A stretch of DNA of 64,000 nt from Octopus bimaculoides (taxonomy: Eukaryota), in NCBI RefSeq assembly GCF_001194135.2, contig NC_068981.1, forward strand, positions 135,774,830 to 135,838,829. Reading direction: 5' to 3'. The position numbers were made by a program, and so were the translations under genes. Positions 12,557 through 23,749 of this stretch are shown here, piece by piece. The notes beneath the pieces are model-generated. The model was not told the origin of the DNA. It saw only the letters and a list, made by a program, of their open reading frames with translations, and made no database searches. The stretch's first letter is position 1, and each line of letters begins with the position of its first letter.

Positions 12557-12945
12557 TGTTTTCGTTGGCACTCCGTCGCTTACGACGTCGAGGGTTCCAG
12601 TTGATCCGATCAATGGAGCAGCCTGTTCGTGAAATTAACGTGCAAGTGGCTGAGCATTCCACAGACACGTGTACCCTTAACGTAGTTCTCGGGAATATTC
12701 AGCGTGATACAATGTGACAAGGCTGACCCTTTGAATTACAGGCACAACAGAAACAGGAAGTAAGTGTGAGAGAAAGTTGTGGTGGAAAAGTACAGCAGGT
12801 TTCGCTACCATCCCCTGCCGGACCCTCGTGGAGCTTTAGGTGTTTTCGCTCAATAAACACTCACAACACCCGGTCTGGGAATCGAAACCGCGATCCTATG
12901 ACCGCGAGTCTGCTGCTCTAACCACTGGGCCATTGCGCCTCCACA
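12557..12945 (-). mobile_element. young tRNA-Arg-derived SINE family B, full length
   Basis: Near-identical to 14069, 58340 and 61357; TSD ACTTATTGTT at 12538-12547 and 12945-12954. Confidence 0.9.
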
Positions 12946-13632
12946 CTTATTGTTTTAGAACGGAGATAAACTAAATATATGCTGGTCTGTTTTGGAACGC
13001 CATCGATCATAAGTTAGTTTGGGATTAAACAACAGCCATATTGCTTGTCATGATAAAAGAGAACTTATTCAGATAATTGTCTTTTATTTCAAGCAGAGCC
13101 ATTGGTCACGCAGGCATCCTACGTCGTTTCGTCACCGTTGTTAATATTGTATTAAGGTTGATTAATTCCGCCGAGGACGAGTAATTCGCCGAGGTCGACT
13201 TAACCTTTCATCCATTTAGGGCTGATAAAATAAGTAGCATTTGAGAACTGGGGGTCGATGTAATCGACTAATTCCTACCCGCTATTACTTGCCAAGTACC
13301 AAAATTTGAAACCCCACATAAAACATTGTATTGCGAGGTCCAATAGAGCTCACCGCAGATACTCACTATATCTTATGTTGGTCTGGGAGTTGTTGCACAA
13401 ATACGTGTCTCTCTTTTGTAATCTCCACTTAAATAAGCAGACGTTATAGTGAAATTGTTTTCTGAACAAATATTAATAATGATACTAGAATAAATGTAGC
13501 AGCGTATCACCATAGCAACAATGGACGACATTATGATTGGTCATTACAGTTTTAGTATAGGTTTACGTTACAATTATCGACGTTACAATCATCTAGACAT
13601 ACAGCTCGACGTGTCATTATAGCTTACTTAGA

Positions 13633-13842
13633 TGTCGGCGAGCTGGCAGAAGCGTTAGCAGCCGGGCGAAATGCTTAGCGGTATTTCGCCATTACGCTCT
13701 GAGTTCAAATTCCGCCGAGATCGATTTTGCCTTTCATCCTTCGGGGTCGATAAATTAAGTACCAGTTACGTACTGGAGTCGATCTAATCGACTGGCCCCC
13801 TCCCCCAAAATTTAGAGCCTTGTGCCTAGAGTAGAAAAGATT
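13633..13842 (+). mobile_element. SINE S1, full length, interrupting a degraded tRNA 5' end (about 13610-13626)
   Basis: GGCGAGCTGGCAGAAGCGTTAGC...GCCTAGAGTAGAAAAGA. Confidence 0.85.
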
Positions 13843-14068
13843 ATATCTTATATTAAACGAGAAGTTATACTGATCTCTTTCTTTCTCGCTCCTGTTTTCT
13901 TTACAGCAAATATAAAGACTTTATAGTAAGAGTGTTTTGTTGAACTGATATGAAGAAGGATAGTTATGTAAAAATAGAGATAATAGTAATGTAACGTGGT
14001 ATCACAAAACAACAATGAACATCGTTATAACTTCTAACTACAGTTTCTATGGAATTATTATACAGATA

Positions 14069-14455
14069 TGTGGAGGCGCAATGGCCCAGTGGTTAGGGCA
14101 GCGGACTCGCGGTCATAGGATCGCGGTTTCGATTCCCAGACCGGGCGTTGTGAGTGTTTATTGAGCGAAAACACCTAAAGCTCCACAAGGCTCCGGCAGG
14201 GGATGGTGGCGAATCCTGCTGTACTCTTCCACCACAACTTTCTCTCACTCTTACTTCCTGTTTCTGTTGTGCCTGTAATTTAAAGGGTCAGCCTTGTCAC
14301 ACCGTGTCACGCTGAATATCCCCGAGAATTACGTTAAGGGTACACGTGTCTGTGGAGTGCTCAGCCACTTGCACGTTAATTTCACGAGCAGGCTGTTCCG
14401 TTGATCGGATCAACTGGAACCCTCGACGTCGTAAGCGACGGAGTGCCAACAACAA
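14069..14455 (+). mobile_element. young tRNA-Arg-derived SINE family B, full length
   Basis: Head TGTGGAGGCGCAATGGCCCAGTGGTTAGGGCAGCGGACTCGCGGTC (TCG-like loop); (CAA)n tail; TSD ATTATACAGATAT at 14057-14069 and 14456-14468. Confidence 0.9.
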
Positions 14456-14512
14456 ATTATACAGATATTGTCATTGTTGACCTCAAAATAATTTAAAGAC
14501 GTCGATATGAGT

Positions 14513-14584
14513 GGCTCTAAAGTTTAGGTTAGACCGCAAATTTATAAAACTGGAGGTCAAGTGTCTGAGTCCTTCTAGAAGTTT
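14513..14584 (+). pseudogene. type-B derived tRNA-Thr pseudogene
   Basis: Same derived lineage as 9463. Confidence 0.7.
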
Positions 14585-14951
14585 TTTTTTTCTGGAATGT
14601 TTCTTTTTTTTTCTCTTTGTTTGAGATAGAATGATACTAATATTGATTTCAAAATGTATACAAAGTTACTTCTTCGGATGTCTATAATGGATCATATCGA
14701 CCTTAGTATTTGTCGGCGTTTCTTGATTTCAGTAAAATCTGAAGGATGAAAACCAGAATAGACCTGGGCGGCGGGTTATGAAACCAGAACTGTATGTAAA
14801 TATGTTGAAGACCTTGTTGTAACGATTTGACGAAACCACAAACTTTATAATTTGGTCAGTCAATTGAATGTTTATGTAATGACGTTATTGATATTGTTAT
14901 ACGCAATAATTGATGACATAATAATAATAATTGAAAAGTTCTCCGTAGCAT

Positions 14952-15025
14952 GGCTCCGTAGCTAAGCTGGTTAGAGCGCCAGACTAGTAAAGTGGAGGTC
15001 AAGTGTTCGAGTCACTCAGGAGCCT
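14952..15025 (+). pseudogene. tRNA-Thr(AGT) with broken anticodon stem
   Basis: 74 nt; anticodon stem CCAGA/AGTGG has two mismatches. Confidence 0.75.
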
Positions 15026-15275
15026 GAATATTCCTCTTATTTATTTTTTGTCTCGCAAAGCATATGACATTGGTGCATATATTTGTTCCTGAAATGTATA
15101 AAGAACAACAGAAATTTTTGATTTTGTTGGAACAGGAATTGTCTACTATTTCCAGCGAATTCAGTGGTCGCGTAAAGCTTCGTTCGTCATTTCCTTGTTG
15201 TTAATGATGAACAATGTACGATAATGTCCAATATGATGATAACTCACCGTAGAGAAGACTACATTATATTTTATA

Positions 15276-15820
15276 CTAGCTTAAAAGCTGCACTACCTGC
15301 GGACTTTTAATGTGGATCCTGCGGAGGGCTAATTGGGCTTTCGACCTAAAATTGTAGAGAGCAATAATCTTTTCTGCTCTAGGCACAAGGCCCGAAATTT
15401 TGGTGGAGGGGGCTAGTCGATTAGATCGACCCCAGGATGAACAACCTTCTTGTTTGACAGAGAGAATGCCGCGTTTATTATTGTAGGTAATGGAGGTAAC
15501 TGTCACAAAGTTTTGGTATTAAATTCAAAAAGTTTTGGTCAGTTCTCTCACGCAGAATGTCGCATTTATTATTATAGCTAAGGGAGGTAACTCTTATAAA
15601 CCGTTTGAAACCACCCACGGTCGTTTTACCTGTTAGAAATTGCAGTCCGAATGGTCTTACTTCAGATCCAAACGCTTAATGTTCAAGAACCAACTGACGG
15701 TCAGGTTTCAATCCCGGCATCATCCTCATTCCAAAAAGGTATATGTCTATGTAGAGTAAATGTACATTGAGAATCAGGGGTCTCAGACGGACTGATAGAA
15801 TTTCACTTTATTTATATAGA
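15276..15820 (-). mobile_element. non-autonomous Helitron (contains an S1 fragment at about 15364-15437)
   Basis: Minus-strand 5' end TCTATATAAATAAA, subterminal GC hairpin, 3' CTAG; inserted between A and T of TTATA|TTAAACCAGG with no TSD. Confidence 0.75.
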
Positions 15821-15839
15821 TTAAACCAGGAGTTACACT

Positions 15840-15888
<49 letters not shown>

Positions 15889-16113
15889 GTAATGTTTACA
15901 GCAAATATAAAGATATCTTAGTAAGTGTGATGTGCTAAACTAATATTAATTAGGATGCGAGTGTAAAAGTAGAGGAGTAAATAATGTAACGTGGTATCAC
16001 CAAACAACAATGAACATTCTTATAATTGCTAACTACAGTTCCTATGTAATTATTCATTATACACAGACGTTACTGTTGTCGACCTCACAATAATTTTAGA
16101 CGTCGATATGAGT

Positions 16114-16185
16114 GCCTTTCAAGTTTAGGTTAGACTGCCAATTTATAAAAGTGGATGTCAAGTATTCGAGTTCATCTAGAAGCTT
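16114..16185 (+). pseudogene. type-B derived tRNA-Thr pseudogene
   Basis: Same derived lineage; lies next to the LINE junction. Confidence 0.65.
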
Positions 16186-16205
16186 TTTTTTCTGGAATAT
16201 TTATG

Positions 16206-18012
16206 ACTAGTGTGACCATGACGACCAGCCTACCTTCTGGATCTGAAAAATTAACTTTTCCTCAGAAACTCGGTTTCTTTTTAATAGGACTGACACCCCG
16301 CTTCCGCTAGAAGGACAACCTGGAGGCAAAAACCTCTTGTAACCATCCAGCAGCAGGAACAGATCTCTTGGTCCCCTTAACCGGGTTTCCGTAGCAACAA
16401 CATCAACATCTGAATCTCGTGACCTGATGTTATTAAGGAAGCGTCCTTGCTTCCAGCTTGACATCAGGCCACGTACATTTAAACAACCAACACGAATACT
16501 AGACATGACTTACCTCACCATGAATGGTTCGAGGTGGATTCACTCTCTCCCTCCTTTTCTTTCTCTCGGACTCGTGGGATGTTTTTACGTAGGCCCTCGT
16601 TAATATATGGGAGATAGTACATCCTGAGAGGGCCTAGGTCGTGGAAAAATTTGGACTTTATCCGTCCTTAATCCTTCCGGCCTATCTTGTAAATGAGAAG
16701 GTCTGTAGACGTAGTTTTTTTCAGACGTTTGACAGATGAAATAGCTGCCAAACGATTAATAAGTCTATTATTGGATGCCTTAATGGCCATATAAGTGATC
16801 TCTTTTTCTTTTTAATTTTCCTTTTTTATTTTCAGTCTGGTACGAGCGATCTGTGTTGTTTTCCTTCTCTTTTTAAAAACTGTCGACCACTCCTCCTCTT
16901 TGTCTTTATCGTCCCTCTCTTTCTTTGGTGTTGAATTCTACTGTAACAGGTGATGTTTCGGTTGTTATTGCTCCTTCCACCTCTTCTTCTTCCTGTAATT
17001 TCGTTTCAGATCTTATATGGCCTTTTAACCCGCGGTTAAAACACCTTGGTTTTACGCCTACCACAAAGACGATCAGTCTCTCTTCACCAATGTTTATTAT
17101 TTCCGCAATTTCTTCCAGTATGGGGACCTCTGCTTGAATCAACATGCTTAAGCATTGTCCCTTACAGTTCTCTTCTACCACTGAGGGGGTGGAGAATAGT
17201 TATCTTTTCCTCCAGGCCCATAATAATAGCCGCTACTAACCAGATGGCATCTACTTCTGGAGGAATGTTATTAATTTTGATTTTCGATGTTCTTCTTCCC
17301 ATATATATATGGGAAGAAGAACCACCTCCTCAGTTCTTAAAGTCTCCGAAGAGTGCCGCCTGGCTACCTCCTCTAATTTAAACCTTACTTCTACTGTTCC
17401 AAATCTCTCGCTTCTGTTTATGTAGGTGATGTTAGACCAAATTGGTCTAAAACATTTTTCCACCATTTTCTCTTCGGTTTTATAATTTTTTTCCCCCCAC
17501 ATTGTACGCTTTGTATAATATGCGTCTCTTGTTTACTTAGTCGATCGCTTCTGTAGGAGGAGCCACTTGTATCTCCGTCCCCTCCTTTATAAGCATTGCC
17601 AAAAATATTTCCAAATTGTTTTTCTCGGTATTGATCGATTTTTCCTTCTTGCCAGCTACCCCAGCGAAGTTCTCCCTTTTCGGCGACACCGTTGATGAAT
17701 TCCTTTCCTCACCTGCTTCCGAAACAGGCGAATATAATTTCGGCGAATCCATAGTTGCCTCCATTTTTTCTTCTTTTTTTTTTGGCTTAACGCTGCACCC
17801 AGAAAAGTTTGGGCTTACGCCCCACAGAATCGGCTCAAAGCCGCACAGTTCAACAATAATTCCCCCGCAGTGGGGAATTGAAAACAAGCTGCTTCAACGA
17901 AGCAACAAACAGTTCTTCAACAAAAAACAACAGCAACTCACCGTAACAATTCAACGATTCAACAAATTTCACAGAAAACACTGGCAAAACGTTCCAACAA
18001 GAGACTTGTGCT
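16206..18012 (-). mobile_element. L1/Tx1-like non-LTR retrotransposon, 5' part (5'UTR, disrupted ORF1, start of ORF2)
   Basis: ORF2 start MSSIRVGCLNVRGL...DVVATETRL matches an APE endonuclease N-terminus (16207-16506); ORF1 has a degenerate zinc knuckle PRCFNRGLKGHIRSE; 5' end AGCACAAGT. Confidence 0.85.
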
Positions 18013-20466
18013 AAGAATAATTTTTTAATCACTCACAAGGGGCCGACATAGAGCGGACAACACTAAAACACGTGGGGACACATAACACGAAAAACATAAA
18101 ATTAAAAATATGGTAACATGAATGATACATGAAAATGAAACATGGAAATGAGCTGCCTGCCCCACCTCAAGCAGCAACAATTACTTCCTTCTGAATCCCG
18201 AGTCCTTCAAAACATCCAATCCGAATTTTTCTTTCAGTTACTCATATCCTACATTTACAGGCATCCTTTTCAGGTTCGCATCAGTCTTCTAATACTTATA
18301 ACCTTTTTTATATTTTGCAATCACTTCCTTCTAGCTCTGAGACACCAGCACACACATGTGCCAACCCACAACATTAGCATATCCCTCCATATCTTGTTAC
18401 CACCTTATTACCTCATTTATTAGTTCCTCGTCTACATCCTCTGTTAACAAACATACATAGCTATTTTCACGCGGGGGGGATTTTGTGTATCTTGTGATGT
18501 CTGTTTCTCCCTCTCTCTCTCTTTGTTTTAGATTGTGAAGGAAGGGATTGGGTGGGTTTTGGGTCTGAGAGGTTATGGGTGGGGTGGGGATGGCTTGGGG
18601 TTCCACATCACACTGTCCTTTCTTCCTCTTTTTCCTTCTTCCCTCCGCTACTGTCCATAATTTTCCCTTCTTCCTTTCTTCCATCTGTACCTCCTCTTGC
18701 TTCTTCTCCGACTCTTTATCTACTTTTTCCAGACTATTCTTCTGCAGAGGGCAGTGTGCTCTAATGTGGCCTTTTGGTCACATTTAGAACAGCGAGGGAT
18801 CCTGCCTTCCACCCACATTCTCAAAATTTCGGATCTATTTTAAAACGGGGGCCACATTTTTCATTAATATTTTACGTAGTGTTTTTGGTACCGAAAGACT
18901 TTCAAACTTCGTATACTTATCTATTTTGTGTTATAGAACAGAAAAATATTTTTGTATTCGAATTTATTTCATGTAAAAAATTGTCTTATTTCGATAATTT
19001 CAACCAATCACTGACAAGTATTCCGTTGTTTACATTTACTCCTTTGGCTGATTAAGCGATGTAAAGCGTATTTAATCTCCATACCTTCGTTTTATTTGCT
19101 TTTTTCATTTTAAATTTGCTTTAACCCTANNNNNNNNNNNNNNNNNNNNNNNNNNNNNNNNNNNNNNNNNNNNNNNNNNNNNNNNNNNNNNNNNNNNNNN
19201 NNNNNNNNNNNNNNNNNNNNNNNNNNNNNNNNNNNNNNNNNNNNNNNNNNNNNNNNNNNNNNNNNNNNNNNNNNNNNNNNNNNNNNNNNNNNNNNNNNNN
19301 NNNNNNNNNNNNNNNNNNNNNNNNNNNNNNNNNNNNNNNNNNNNNNNNNNNNNNNNNNNNNNNNNNNNNNNNNNNNNNNNNNNNNNNNNNNNNNNNNNNN
19401 NNNNNNNNNNNNNNNNNNNNNNNNNNNNNNNNNNNNNNNNNNNNNNNNNNNNNNNNNNNNNNNNNNNNNNNNNNNNNNNNNNNNNNNNNNNNNNNNNNNN
19501 NNNNNNNNNNNNNNNNNNNNNNNNNNNNNNNNNNNNNNNNNNNNNNNNNNNNNNNNNNNNNNNNNNNNNNNNNNNNNNNNNNNNNNACACATTCTACCAG
19601 TGTTCCAAGTTTCAAAGTGTTTCGTTAATGAAAAATGTGGCCCCCGTTTTAAAAAAGATTCAAAATTTCTCCTACAGTCACCGTCTCCGCCAAATCTTCC
19701 AAGGATTCTACTTCAGCCTGAACAATAAGTTCTAATGCTTTTCCTTTCCACATCACCTCCCCCATTTCCGTGGATTATAGGACGACCACTTCCTCCTCAC
19801 TTCCAAGGAGGACAGCCGTCGAAACCCAAGTCATATCTATGTCTGGCGGGATTCCCTCTACCCTGATCTTGGATGTCCTCCTTCCAAGATACATGGGTAG
19901 AAGGACGACTTTATTCGACTTCACCGTGTTTACAATCAGCCTCCTTGCTACATCCTCATTCTCGAACTGGACCACCATATTTGTTTCTTCTTGCCAAAAA
20001 CACCATATCCTTAGATACCGCGCACAACGCCTTCTCAATTGTTTCGGCTTCTACTTGGTCTACCTTTTTCTGTTCCACTGAATAAACTTTATACACAATG
20101 GTTCCCTTCATCATGTCCTCCTTAACTCTCTGTGGAGGCGACAACTTCACGTCACCACCTACCTTATATGCCATATTTTGATGTTCTTCCATTTTAGACA
20201 AGTCTATTTCATTCCTTTTTAACTCTGTTTCTTCAGTAAAAGCTTTTTTTTTTTGCAAGACATCTGTCCGTTCTGTTTACTGCTTTTACTAATTCCTCTT
20301 CTGATGTGGACAATTCCAACCCGCTAAGGTCCGAATAGAACATTTTTTCATTAGCCTTCGCTATCTCTCTTGAAACAGAGAGAAAACACAACCGGTAAAC
20401 CGCTGCAAAGCAACACAAACATCAACTTCAATACAACTCAATACACGTTCAAAAAATACTTGTGCT
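18013..20466 (-). mobile_element. ORF1-only (HAL1-like) relative of the L1/Tx1 element, interrupted by a MITE
   Basis: Same 5' end AGCACAAGT. ORF1 is homologous to the neighbour (LLPMYLGRRTSKIRVEGIPPDID vs LLPIY-GRRTSKIKINNIPPEVD). After removing the MITE it reads AETVTVGEILRMWVEGRIPRCSKCDQK/GHIRAHCP (CCHC, one frameshift). No APE motif occurs before the 3' tail. Confidence 0.7.
18831..19661. mobile_element. Merlin-like MITE, second copy (with N gap)
   Basis: GGATC...GATTC termini; exact 8-bp TSD AAAATTTC at 18823-18830 and 19662-19669; interior matches 10117-10752. Confidence 0.85.
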
Positions 20467-20658
20467 GAGTATATGTATAATGTATATTTACTGCCTGCTT
20501 TTATAGCAAGTTAATGCAGGTAGTTTATCCCGTCTCCCAATATAACAGTGGACCACCATAGCATCAATGAACGTCATTATAATTTCTCTTTACACTTTCA
20601 ATATAGGTTTACGTTGTAACTATCGATGTCATAATAATCTAATGACGCGAACCGGCGT

Positions 20659-20732
20659 GGCTCCGTAGCTGAGATGGTTAGATCACCGATGTTGTAAACT
20701 GAAAGTCAAATTGTCAAATCCCGCTGGAGCCT
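20659..20732 (+). pseudogene. degraded tRNA-Thr copy (loop GTTGTAA, TGT)
   Basis: Colinear 74 nt; several stem mismatches. Confidence 0.75.
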
Positions 20733-21049
20733 GAGTAATGTGGTTTCTCTTGCTTTTATTTTAATTTCACAAGCTAGGCTGACATCAGTATTGATTTAGA
20801 AAATGCACACAAGGCCACAAAGACTTGCAGTGGAATATAATCGATTATAACGATCTTAGTATATCACTTGTACTTTCAGTAAATCCAGAGGGAATGAAAA
20901 CAATAAGAATTTTTATCTTAGCTTTGAAAGAGGAATTGACCCAGCACCTCGTAAAAGTTTTGTTCGTAATTTCATTTTGTTGTTTATGTTGAACAATGTA
21001 TTGTAACGTTCAAAATGGTAACTTACCATAAAGAAGACATTATATCTTT

Positions 21050-21267
21050 CGAAGTTTTGCATAAAAGTTCCTGGCTTTAGGTGAAAGAAAATAGAGGAGG
21101 ATCAGTTAATTACGATTTTATTCAACATATTCCCCTCTCAGATTCACACACTTATTGCAGCAGTCCTTCAGTTTTTCTAAGCCTTGTACAAGAACTTGGA
21201 AGTTTGGGCTTCCAAACAGGCCTTCCGCGATACCCTTAAAGTCCAGGAGATTTTCAGCACTCCGTCG
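21050..21267. mobile_element. mariner-type MITE, paralog of 10846-11060
   Basis: Same interior and same spacer site. Confidence 0.75.
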
Positions 21268-21419
21268 TATATTAAACCAGGAGTTACATCGGCGTCTCTC
21301 TCTCTCTCTCTCTCTCTCTTGTAATCTTCACTGTAAATATAGAGACGTCGTCGCAGAAAGAACGTTTGTTAAACTGATATTAGTAATAATACTTGGGCAA
21401 AATGAGAGGAGCTAATAAA

Positions 21420-21613
21420 CCTTTCTACTAAAGACAGAAGGCCTGAAACTTGGGCGGAGGGAACAAGTCGATTAGAGAGACCACAGTGTTTCACTGGTAC
21501 TTAATTTATCGATTCCAAACGGATTAAAGGTAAAGTCGACCTCGGTGGAATTTGAACTGAGAACGTAGCCCCGGGCGAAATACCGCTAAGCATTTTGGTT
21601 AGCATGCTAACGA
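21420..21613 (-). mobile_element. SINE S1, paralog of 11218
   Basis: S1 consensus at the same spacer site. Confidence 0.8.
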
Positions 21614-21712
21614 AGCATTATAATTGCTAACTACCATTTCAATGTAATTATTCTTTATACACAGACATTAGCATTGTTGACGTCATATTACTTTAAAGAC
21701 GTCGATGTGAGT

Positions 21713-21784
21713 GTCTCTAAAGTTCAGGTTAGACGGCCAATTTAAAAAACTGGATGTCAAGTGTTCGAGTTCCCATAGAAGCTT
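21713..21784 (+). pseudogene. type-B derived tRNA-Thr pseudogene
   Basis: GTCTCTAAAGTTCAGGTTAG...GTTCGAGTTCC. Confidence 0.75.
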
Positions 21785-22137
21785 GTTTTCTTCTGGAATA
21801 TGTCTTATTTTTTATGTTTGTGTCAGATAGAATGATGCAAATATTAATTTCAAAAATGTACACAAAGTTACAGATTTCTTCGGGTATCTATAATGGAATA
21901 TATCTATAATGGATTATATCGAGCTTAGGATTGTCGGCGTTACTTGATTTTAGGGAAACCTGAAAGATGAAAACCAAAATAGACATGGGTAGCTAATGAA
22001 TGCAGAGCTGTATGTAAATATGTTGAAGATCTTGTAACAATTTGACGAAACCACAGACTATCATTTGATCAGTCAACTGCGTTCTCAAGTAATGATGTTG
22101 TTAAAATATTTTTATGCAGTAATCAAAGACATAATAA

Positions 22138-22345
22138 TCCTTTCTGCTATAGGCTCAAGGCCTGAAATTGTAGGGTAGGGAGACAGTTGATTACATTGAC
22201 CCCGGCACATAACTGGTACTTATTTCATTGACCCCGAAATGATGAATGGTAAAGTTGACCTCAGCAGAATTTGAAGTCAGAATGCAAGGACTGATGAAAT
22301 GACGCTGAGCATTTCACCTGGCGTGTTCTGCTATCTCGCCACCTT
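22138..22345 (-). mobile_element. SINE S1 head-to-head with tRNA
   Basis: S1 consensus flanked by AGACA(T)AATAAT. Confidence 0.8.
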
Positions 22346-22390
22346 AATTTAAGACAATAATAATAATATTTGAAGCAATACACGTAACTT

Positions 22391-22464
22391 GGCTCCGTAG
22401 CTCAATTGGTTAGAGCGCCAGTCTAGTAAACTGGAGGTCGAGTGTTCGAGTCCCTCCGGAGCCT
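22391..22464 (+). tRNA. tRNA-Thr-AGT: tRNA-Thr(AGT), apparently intact
   Basis: Full cloverleaf; T12 run at 22476-22487. Confidence 0.9.
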
Positions 22465-22639
22465 GACTACACTCCTTTTTTTTTTTTGGTGGGGGGTCTA
22501 ATAAAGCATATGATATTGGTGATTATATTGGTGCCTGAAATTCATACAGTGCCACAAACGCTTGAGGTTGATGTATTGGGCTTACCCCTTAGAAAAATTG
22601 CCGGCTTTGTTAAAAAATTTGAAACAACTGTTGTACTAA

Positions 22640-22855
22640 GGCAGCGAGCTGGCAGAGTCGCTGCTGCGCCGGGCAAAATGCTTAGCTGCATTTCGACCGA
22701 CATTAGGTCCTAGGTTCAAATTCCGCCTATGTGGATTTAACCTTTCATCCTTACTGGGTTGCTAAAATAAGTAGCATTTGATAGCTGAGATCGATGTAAT
22801 CGACACATTCCTTCCGGCAATTGCTGGCCTTGTGTCCAATTTTGAAACCAACATT
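22640..22855 (+). mobile_element. SINE S1 (GGCCTTGTG...TTTGAAACC tail)
   Basis: S1 consensus. Confidence 0.75.
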
Positions 22856-23077
22856 GAAGATGGTGGTTCTTGATTTTAGTGAAATCTGAAAGTTGAAAAC
22901 CTGGGTGTGTTATGAACCCAGAACTGTAAATATTTTGAATCTCTTATTGTAATGATTTGACGAAACCACAAACTTTATAAGTTGATTAGTCAACTGAGTT
23001 CTCACGTAATGAAGCTATTGAAATTTTTTACGCAATAATTGAAAACATAATAATAATTGAAAAGTCTCGTGTGACAT

Positions 23078-23151
23078 GGCTCTGTATCTCAGTTGGTTAG
23101 CACACCAGTCTAGTAAACTGAAGGTCGAGTGTTGGAGTCTCTCCGGAGCCT
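23078..23151 (+). pseudogene. tRNA-Thr(AGT) copy with D-stem and B-box damage
   Basis: 74 nt; GTTGGAGT in the T-loop; D-stem TCTC/GCAC. Confidence 0.75.
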
Positions 23152-23269
23152 GAACATGCTGCTTGGTTCTCTTTTTTTTCTTTTGTCTCAAAAAACATGA
23201 CATTGTGCATATATTGGTTGCTGAAATGCATAGAGAGCCACATACTGGCCTTGTCCCACTGTTGTATCA

Positions 23270-23472
23270 TGGCGGAGTGACTACCTCGCCAGACAAAATG
23301 TTTAGCGGCATTTCGCTCGACTTTAAATATTCAGTTCAAATTCAACCGAGGTCGTCTTTGCTTTTCTTCCTTGCTGGATCGATAAAAGAAGTTCCAGTTG
23401 AACACTGGGATCGATGTAATCGACTTACCCCTTCCTGGAATTGCTGGCCTTGTGCTAAATTTGAAACCAGCA
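23270..23472 (+). mobile_element. SINE S1
   Basis: S1 consensus, diverged. Confidence 0.7.
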
Positions 23473-23675
23473 TTGAAAGTTGTATTTGAACGTCCAATAC
23501 AACTTATCATATATATCTCTATGTATCGTATTTGGTCCGGGAGTTGCTGCACTGATATATGTCTCGCCTGTAATCTCCACATAGATTAACGGACGTTATT
23601 GTGAGAGTGCAGTTTCTGTATACGTTTACATTATAATTATGAACGTCATAATAATTTAAACACACAATTCTACGT

Positions 23676-23749
23676 GACTACATGCCACAGTTGGTTAGAG
23701 CTCCATTCTAGTAAACGAGAGGTCGAGTGTTTGAGTCACTCTGGAGCCT
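23676..23749 (+). pseudogene. degraded tRNA-Thr(AGT) copy
   Basis: Loop CTAGTAA kept; stems broken. Confidence 0.75.

Noticed and set aside
19105-19615. Long ORFs of X residues
   Set aside because: Artefacts of N gaps; likewise 24646-25913, 42197-43127 and 60590-60921.
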